Source: Nannocystis bainbridge (GTDB taxonomy: Bacteria > Myxococcota_A > Polyangia > Nannocystales > Nannocystaceae). Taken from it: DNA of 64,000 nucleotides. Shown one piece after another: positions 57,826 to 64,000 of this stretch; position 1 is the stretch's first letter, and each line of letters opens with the position of its first letter. The stretch covers positions 2,816,001 to 2,880,000 of the forward strand of contig NZ_JAQNDL010000001.1 in assembly GCF_028368995.1 (NCBI RefSeq), read 5' to 3'. The position numbers and the translations under genes were made by a program. Under the pieces are notes generated by a model. The model had not been told where the DNA came from and searched no databases. It saw only the letters and a list, made by a program, of their open reading frames with translations.

Positions 57826-59523
57826 ATGCATCATCCTCGCTGCATTCACTCTGTCCTCTCGTTCGTCGCCAGCGGCGCGCTCGCGTTCATGCTCACCGGC
57901 TGCGAGGACGGCGACGACGACGCCGTGCTCGCCCGCGCCGGCGGCCCGGTGAGCGTCAGCTTTCAGGACGGCCAGGCCCCGACCAGCAGCTACGCCGGCA
58001 CCCGCGACACGATGCTCGACGGCGACTCGCCGAGCGCCACGCACGGCACCGACACCGCGCTTTCGGTCGAGGCCGACACCGAGCTCGTCGCCCTGCTGTC
58101 GTGGGATCTGAGCGCCGCGATCCCGACCACCGCCGTCGTCGAGTCCGTCACCATCACGCTCGAGATCTCCGACAAGAGCCCGGAGGTCTTCTCGCTGTAC
58201 GAGGCCAGGCGCGCGTGGAACGAGGCGAACGCGACCTGGAAGGTGTGGAACACCGGCAGCAACTGGCAGACTGCGGGCGGCCACGGCGCCGCTGACCGCG
58301 GGAGCGTCGCTCTCGGCTCGTTCTCGGCGGCCGACACCGGCGCCGTCACTTTCTCGCTCAACGCCGCCGGCGTCGCGCTGGTCCAGCAATGGGTCGAGAG
58401 CCCCGCCAGCAACCGCGGCTTCTTCCTCGACGGCGCGGGTACCAGCAATCGCCTCGAGTTCCGAGCCAGCGAGTACGGCACCAGGGCCAAGCGCCCCAGG
58501 CTGACCGTGACCTGGCACGAGGCCGACGCCGGCGACACCGACGGCGCGCTCGACCCGACGCCCGGCAATTACAAGCAGAGCTGCGACGGCTCGTTCGCCG
58601 TCGCCCTCGACGGCACCTACTTCCTCGACGGCAACGACGAGAATCAGGGCCTGCGCGTCTACCGGCGCGGCGCCGACGCCAACGCCGCCAGGACGATCGA
58701 CGTCTCGGCGAGCATCGGGCTGTCGAGCTCCGACGAGGCCGACCTCGAGGACGCGGCGCGGATCGGCGACCGGATCTACGTCGTCAGCTCGCACGGGCGC
58801 AACAAGAGCGGCAAGCTCGAGCGCATGCGCTATCGGTTCTTCGCCTTCGACGTCGCCGGCGCCGCGCCGAACGTGTCGCTCTCGACCGTCGGCTACACCT
58901 CGAAGCTGCTCGACGACATGGTCAAGGCCGCCAACTGGCTGACGCCGAACGCCAGCGTGATCGCCACGCTGGCCGCCGCGACCAACCTGAGCAAGACCAC
59001 CGACGCCGACCTCGCGCCCAAGCTCGGCGGCGCCAACATCGAGGGCCTCGCCTGGCTGCCGACGCCGCAGCGCCCCAAGCAGCTGGTGATCGGCTTCCGC
59101 AACCCGCTGCAGGGCACCGACGCGATCCTCGTCACCCTGCTCGACGCCGACGCCGCGCTGAGCGGCGCCGTCGCCCAGTTCGGCGAGGCGGTCCTGCTCG
59201 ACCTCGGCGGCCTGCGCGTGCGCGGGATGACATGGTCTCCGGCGCACGCGGCGATGCTGATCCTCGCGGGGCCGAAGGACGGCACCGCCGGGCCGTACCG
59301 CCTCTACAAGTGGAGCGGCGTCGCCACCCAGGCGCCGGTGCTGGTCCACGACATCACCTCGTTCCCGACCAACTCGGGGCCCGAGAGCGTCGTCGTCTAT
59401 CCCGGCTCCCACGACGTGCAGATCGTGTTCGACCAGGGCGAGCACCCGATCGACGGCAAGATCTGCAAGGACAATCCGCTCTCGAGCCAATTCTTCAGCG
59501 ACGCCATCGTCCACGTCCCGTAG
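57826..59523 (+). CDS. Lipoprotein with a DNRLRE/CBM96-like domain and a DUF3616-like beta-propeller
   Basis: FMLTG-C; FQDG....YAGTRDT, W.E..ATW, LVQ.WV..P..N.G, ASE.....RPRL.V; then DLE.AA.IG.RIY..SSH.RNK, NIEGLA, IGFRNP, LDLGG. Confidence 0.8.
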   Translation: MHHPRCIHSVLSFVASGALAFMLTGCEDGDDDAVLARAGGPVSVSFQDGQAPTSSYAGTRDTMLDGDSPSATHGTDTALSVEADTELVALLSWDLSAAIPTTAVVESVTITLEISDKSPEVFSLYEARRAWNEANATWKVWNTGSNWQTAGGHGAADRGSVALGSFSAADTGAVTFSLNAAGVALVQQWVESPASNRGFFLDGAGTSNRLEFRASEYGTRAKRPRLTVTWHEADAGDTDGALDPTPGNYKQSCDGSFAVALDGTYFLDGNDENQGLRVYRRGADANAARTIDVSASIGLSSSDEADLEDAARIGDRIYVVSSHGRNKSGKLERMRYRFFAFDVAGAAPNVSLSTVGYTSKLLDDMVKAANWLTPNASVIATLAAATNLSKTTDADLAPKLGGANIEGLAWLPTPQRPKQLVIGFRNPLQGTDAILVTLLDADAALSGAVAQFGEAVLLDLGGLRVRGMTWSPAHAAMLILAGPKDGTAGPYRLYKWSGVATQAPVLVHDITSFPTNSGPESVVVYPGSHDVQIVFDQGEHPIDGKICKDNPLSSQFFSDAIVHVP

Positions 59524-60029
59524 CTCGCGGCCGTCCCCGCCCTCGCCCGAGCTCTCGCGGCCCATGTACGCGCTCGCCCCCACGACGTGAGCGGGTCTGC
59601 AGACTGGGGCATCGCTCCTACGACATGTCCCTCGAGACAGGTCCAGACCCGCAGCCCGAGAGGCGTCTTGCGTGTCATGATTGCGGCTCTGACAGCGCGA
59701 AGCGCACGTCCGAGCCGGAGCGTCCACCGAGTAACGACCCTGCGAGTTTCGATCACCGGTTTCGCGTCGGCGCCCCGTGAGGTCCTCGCGACGGCCGGCG
59801 AATCTCCGCCCAGGCGGGCCGCCAGGCCCCCCTGCAGCCCCTTTCAGCGCGGACGCGTGCGGCGAACCTCTTGCGCCCGCGGAGCAGCCGGCGTAAGGAC
59901 GATGGTGCCCCTGTGATGGCCGATTTCCGGCCGCCCGGAGCTGCGACGTGTTTCGCTCGCGGCTCTGCGCGTGAGGACGTATCGCTCCTCGCGCGCCGGC
60001 ATCCCCTCGCTGCATTCGAAGGTTCTGTC

Positions 60030-61697
60030 ATGACGATCCGCCCGCTCCGCATCCTGACCAGCCTCGCCCTCCTCGTGCCCGCCTGTTACGGCGACGACCA
60101 GCCCGCCGACAGCGACGCTGATGTCGGCGCCGACTCCACCGCCGGGGACGAGGCCGCCGGCGACGAAGAGGTCCCCGAGATCGATCCGGGCACCCAGGTC
60201 GGCGGGCTCGACGACGAGTTCCGCGACGCTGCCGACGAGTTCGGCGTGCCGATGCCGATCCTCCAGGCCGTCAGCTACGCCGAGACGCAGTGGCAGATGA
60301 TCGTCGGCGAGGCCGAGTTCGAGGGCCAGGAGCCCGCGTTCGGCGTCATGGCCCTGCGTGGCGAGCACCTCGGCCTCGGCGCCGGGCTCATCGACGCCAG
60401 CCTCGACGAGGTCAAGACCGACCGCCGCAGCAACATCCGTGCCGCCGCCGCGGTCCTGCGCAGCTACGCCGACGACCTCGAGATCGACCGCGACGACCTC
60501 GGCGCGTGGGCCCCGGCGATCGCTTCGATGAGCGACATCGCCGTCGAGGACGCGCTCATCAATTACATCCACCACGACGTCTACGGCGCGATCCAGGGCG
60601 GCATCACCGTGCTCGACCTCGCCGGCGCGCCCGCGGCCCAGCTGAGCCCCGAGGCCAGCGTCACCCCCGATTTCGCCAGCCCGAGCGACCCGACGCTCGC
60701 GGCCGGCCCCGACTACAGCGGCTCGATCTGGCGCCCCTCGCCCAACTACAGCGCTCGCCCCTCGGGCACCGTCGGCAAGGTGAAGATGGTCATCATCCAC
60801 ACCTGCGAGGGCAACTACTCCGGCTGTTGGGGCTGGCTGGCCAACTCGCAGTCGGGCGTCAGCGCCCACTACGTGGTCAAGGAGGACGGCTCGGAGATCT
60901 CCCAGCTCGTCCGGGAGTCGAACAAGGCCTGGCACATCGGCGCGACTTACGACTGCGACCTCAACGGCAAGCAGGAGTGCGCGCTCGAGGGCTACAACTG
61001 CAACAACTTCACGGTCGGCATCGAGCACGCCGGCTTCGCCAGCCAGAAGACCTGGAACGCGAACCTGATCAACCAGTCGGCCAAGCTGACGTGCGACATC
61101 AGCAAGGCCCACGGCGTCATCCGCGACAAGTACCACATCGTCGCGCACGGCAAGCTGCAGCCGGCGACCCGCACCGACCCGGGCGCGAACTGGCCGTGGA
61201 CTTCCTACATCAGCAAGGTCAACGAGTACTGCGGCGCCCAGCCGCCGGCGCCGAACCCCAACCCGGTCCCGTCGGGTGAGATCGTCGTCGACAGCAACGC
61301 CTCGAACAACGACCCGGCCAAGGCCAAGATCACCGTGTCGGCCAACTGGACCTCCACGGCCAGCACCCCCGGCTACTACGGCAGCGGCTACTGGTTCGCC
61401 AACACCGCGCCGATCTCCGACGGCGCCGAGTTCTCGTTCTACCTCGCCGCCGACGCCACCAAGACGATCGACGCCTGGTGGACCTCCGGCACCAACCGCT
61501 CGACCGCGGCCCCGTTCGTGGTGTTCGACAGCGCCGGCACCAAGGTCGGCACCGTCAACGCCAACCAGCAGGTCAACGGCAAGAAGTGGAACCAGCTCGG
61601 CGCGTTCAAGTTCAAGAAGGGCTGGAACAAGGTCGTCGTGTCCCGCTGGGCCGCCGAGGGCTTCGTCGTGATCGCCGACGCCATCCGCGTCCGCTGA
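60030..61697 (+). CDS. N-acetylmuramoyl-L-alanine amidase (Amidase_2) lipoprotein with a C-terminal golvesin-like domain
   Basis: LLVPA-C; SPNYS.R, VIIHTCEG, SAHYVV, AWHIG, GIEH, IVAH, TDPG; C-terminal VNQQ.NG..W..LG.F...VVIADAIR-type motif. Confidence 0.92.
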   Translation: MTIRPLRILTSLALLVPACYGDDQPADSDADVGADSTAGDEAAGDEEVPEIDPGTQVGGLDDEFRDAADEFGVPMPILQAVSYAETQWQMIVGEAEFEGQEPAFGVMALRGEHLGLGAGLIDASLDEVKTDRRSNIRAAAAVLRSYADDLEIDRDDLGAWAPAIASMSDIAVEDALINYIHHDVYGAIQGGITVLDLAGAPAAQLSPEASVTPDFASPSDPTLAAGPDYSGSIWRPSPNYSARPSGTVGKVKMVIIHTCEGNYSGCWGWLANSQSGVSAHYVVKEDGSEISQLVRESNKAWHIGATYDCDLNGKQECALEGYNCNNFTVGIEHAGFASQKTWNANLINQSAKLTCDISKAHGVIRDKYHIVAHGKLQPATRTDPGANWPWTSYISKVNEYCGAQPPAPNPNPVPSGEIVVDSNASNNDPAKAKITVSANWTSTASTPGYYGSGYWFANTAPISDGAEFSFYLAADATKTIDAWWTSGTNRSTAAPFVVFDSAGTKVGTVNANQQVNGKKWNQLGAFKFKKGWNKVVVSRWAAEGFVVIADAIRVR

Positions 61698-61762
61698 GAT
61701 CCTCGAGCCATGTCTCGAAGGCCAGGTGCCCACGCGGGCGCCTGGCCTTTCGTACATGTCGC

Positions 61763-62590
61763 TCAGGTCATCTTCACGGGTCGCCCGAGCCGGGCCCGCA
61801 GCGCCGGCTCCTGCATGACCACGTGGCTCGCGCCCATGGTTGCGAACACTCGCTCCCCGGCGCGCACGCGGTCCGACAGCAGCTCGACCACCCAGGCGTC
61901 GCGGGCCTCGCTGGTGTGCCGGCTCGCCGCGTTGGTGAACGCCGGCGTCCGCTCGAACACGGGGTCGAACCATTCGCTCGGCACCTCGTTCCAGCTGCGA
62001 AGCGGCGGCAACAGCCGCTCGCCCGCCGCGGCCAGCGCCGCCGGGTCCGCCGGGTCCGTGATGCCGGTGGTTTCATGAAAGTGCTGAAGCACCTCGGCGA
62101 GCCGCGCCTCGTCCATCGCCGCGCCGGCGCGCGCGCGGTGCTGCGGCACCTGGCGCAGCGCGAAGAACACCAGGATCTGCTCGTCGGTGAAACCGGCCCG
62201 CCGCAGCGCCTGCACCTGCGCGGGCATCGACGGCTCGATGCTCGCGGCCGGCACCCCGTCACGCGCCGCCAGGAATCGCACGACTCCGGACTCGCCGAAT
62301 CCCCCCGCCGCTGCCGTCATCGAGGCCAGCACCGGCGGGTCGCCGCCCTCGTTGAACGCCCGCGTCGGCCCGAACTCGGCCCACAGGTGCCCGATCTGCG
62401 CGACCTGCCGATCGTCCTGGCTATAAATGTGCGCCGCGCCGAAGAACAGCAATCCGCCCCGGCCCCGGGTGAATCGCAGCACGTAGGGCGCCTCGTGCTC
62501 GACCTCCGCGTACTGCGAGTGCGAGAGGATCTGCCCGCGCCGGCAAGCGGCGAGGCCGGCGAGGAGCAGCAGGGCGCGACGGGAGAGCAT
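61763..62590 (-). CDS. Hypothetical Tat-type lipoprotein
   Basis: MLSRRALLLLAGLAA-C; FFGAAH, NEGG, RD...MGASH (TraB/PrgY-like flavour). Confidence 0.7.
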   Translation of the reverse strand: MLSRRALLLLAGLAACRRGQILSHSQYAEVEHEAPYVLRFTRGRGGLLFFGAAHIYSQDDRQVAQIGHLWAEFGPTRAFNEGGDPPVLASMTAAAGGFGESGVVRFLAARDGVPAASIEPSMPAQVQALRRAGFTDEQILVFFALRQVPQHRARAGAAMDEARLAEVLQHFHETTGITDPADPAALAAAGERLLPPLRSWNEVPSEWFDPVFERTPAFTNAASRHTSEARDAWVVELLSDRVRAGERVFATMGASHVVMQEPALRARLGRPVKMT

Positions 62591-62774
62591 GCGCGATCCT
62601 AGCAATCGCCGTGCCGAGGAATTGCCAGGACCTCCGACGCGCGGCGCTCGTCGTCCCTGACGAAATGCCCGCGGCCGCCCGCGGGCCATGCCCTCTCGAC
62701 AATCGCCGCTCCCATCCCCGACGATCGAAGCGTCGGTCGGCGACGGCGCCGCGAGGACGCCGTCGCCGAGCCGC

Positions 62775-63845
62775 CTATTTGAACTTCTGCGACGTCTTCG
62801 CCTGCTCGAGCGCGATCTCCTTGACCGCCGCGAACGACGTCGAGTTGGAGGCGCCGTCGATCGCCTTGATCGCCAGGTCTTGCGCCTGCTTGAGCGCGGT
62901 CGCCAGCTGCTTCGAGAGCTCGAGGATCTGCTCGTCCTGCTTCTTGCTGGCCGCCTCGAGCTCGCCGATCTTCAGCTCCTGGACCTTCTTGCGGCCCTCG
63001 AAGTCCTTCTGGGCCAGGTCCGAGGCGATCTTCGACTGCCGGCGCGCGATCGCCATGCCCTCGGCCTCGGCCTTGTTGGTGGCCGCCTCGAGCTCCTTCG
63101 GATAGGCCACCGCCTTCGCCTTGAGCTCCGCGTACTCCTGCTCGCGGATCGCGATCGCCTGCTCGCGCTCGTTCCACTGGTTCGTCTTGACCTCCTGCAG
63201 CCCGTCGAGCTCGGCCTGCAGGCGCTTCTTCTCCTGCGTCAGCGCGTCGGCGTCGGCCGTGCGCCCGCGCGTCGTCGCGTAGCCGTACTCCTCGGCCTCG
63301 CGCGTGCGCGCCAGCTTGCCGGCCGCGTCGGCCTCGGCGACCGAGCGCGTGCGCTCGTCCTGCTGCTTGCGCCAGCCGGTCTTGCGCGCCTCGAGCTCCT
63401 CCTCGACCTTGCGCTTGCGGGCCGCGAACGCCTCGTCCGCGCTGCGCTGGGTGTCGAGGTAGCGGCGGACCAGCTCGCGCGTGGTGTCGTCGCCGACCTC
63501 GATCGCGTGCAGCGCCTTGAGGTGCTCGGTGTAGCCGGTGATGTCCGCGCGCAGCCCCTCGAGGCGGCCCGACTCGCGGAGGAGGTGTTGCTGCAGCGTC
63601 GACGAGGCGTCGCCGAAGCGGGTGCGGATGCTGTCGAGGTCGCGGGTCAGGTCGTCGAAATTCACGGCGGTGCTCTCCTGGGCGGCGGCGGGGGCGGACG
63701 GTGCGGACGGGGCGGCCTCGGGGGCCGGAGCGCGGCCCGGCTTGCCGGCCGCGCTGCGCTCCTTCAGCTCCTTCAGCTCCTGGGCCAGCTCGCCATAGCC
63801 CTCGAGGATCTCCTGCTTCGTGCTCTTGCTGGTGAACGTCTTCAT
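62775..63845 (-). CDS. Long coiled-coil protein
   Basis: KSTKQEILEGY.EL start, heptad-rich body, C-terminal ALKQAQDLAIKAIDGAS. Confidence 0.9.
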   Translation of the reverse strand: MKTFTSKSTKQEILEGYGELAQELKELKERSAAGKPGRAPAPEAAPSAPSAPAAAQESTAVNFDDLTRDLDSIRTRFGDASSTLQQHLLRESGRLEGLRADITGYTEHLKALHAIEVGDDTTRELVRRYLDTQRSADEAFAARKRKVEEELEARKTGWRKQQDERTRSVAEADAAGKLARTREAEEYGYATTRGRTADADALTQEKKRLQAELDGLQEVKTNQWNEREQAIAIREQEYAELKAKAVAYPKELEAATNKAEAEGMAIARRQSKIASDLAQKDFEGRKKVQELKIGELEAASKKQDEQILELSKQLATALKQAQDLAIKAIDGASNSTSFAAVKEIALEQAKTSQKFK

Positions 63846-63855
63846 GGCGCGCGCC

Positions 63856-64000
63856 TCACTTCCTGGCCGAGGTGCCCTCGATGGCCTTCTGCGCCAGGCC
63901 CTGGGTCTGAGCCAGCGCGGCCGTCAGCTGCGCGTTGAGTTCGGCGAGCTGGGTCCGCCCCTTGTCGATGCGGTCCTCGAGCGCCTTGATCTTCAGCTCG
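63856..64000 (-). CDS. 3' end of a paralogous coiled-coil protein (truncated by the window edge)
   Basis: ...ELKIKALEDRIDKGRTQLAELNAQLTAALAQTQGLAQKAIEGTSARK* aligns with the C-terminus of 62775..63845. Confidence 0.8.
   Translation of the reverse strand, partial: ELKIKALEDRIDKGRTQLAELNAQLTAALAQTQGLAQKAIEGTSARK

Overview
A very GC-rich bacterial chromosome segment that reads like a myxobacterium. A Nannocystis-like organism is inferred from the many Thr/Ser/Gly-linker lipoproteins, Hanks-type kinases, Myxococcus Cys-rich repeats and a fibro-slime protein. It holds about 45 genes, with housekeeping genes (pyrF, dusB, an ABC-F ATPase, an AlkB-like dioxygenase, DUF72) scattered among accessory loci. 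I saw no rRNA, tRNA, CRISPR array, transposase or integrase. Highlights: (1) a dispersed family of arrays of a palindromic decamer (consensus GGACATGTCC) repeated at an exact 14-bp period, present in many intergenic gaps and also inside genes; (2) a radical SAM/SPASM enzyme resembling PlpX-type spliceases, convergent on a Zn-ribbon lipoprotein with four EP(E/D)YGVP motifs; (3) a translationally coupled SIR2-AAA plus AAA-kinase-TM-TPR gene pair, a candidate defence/conflict system; (4) an sxtI/J/K/L-like carbamoylation module that includes a ferritin-like diiron protein; (5) an animal-type TIL protease-inhibitor domain in an AT-richer patch; (6) a sigma70-like promoter with a leaderless 6-codon uORF and a structured leader ahead of a PcfJ-like gene. 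Family assignments are from motif recognition by eye; no database searches were run.
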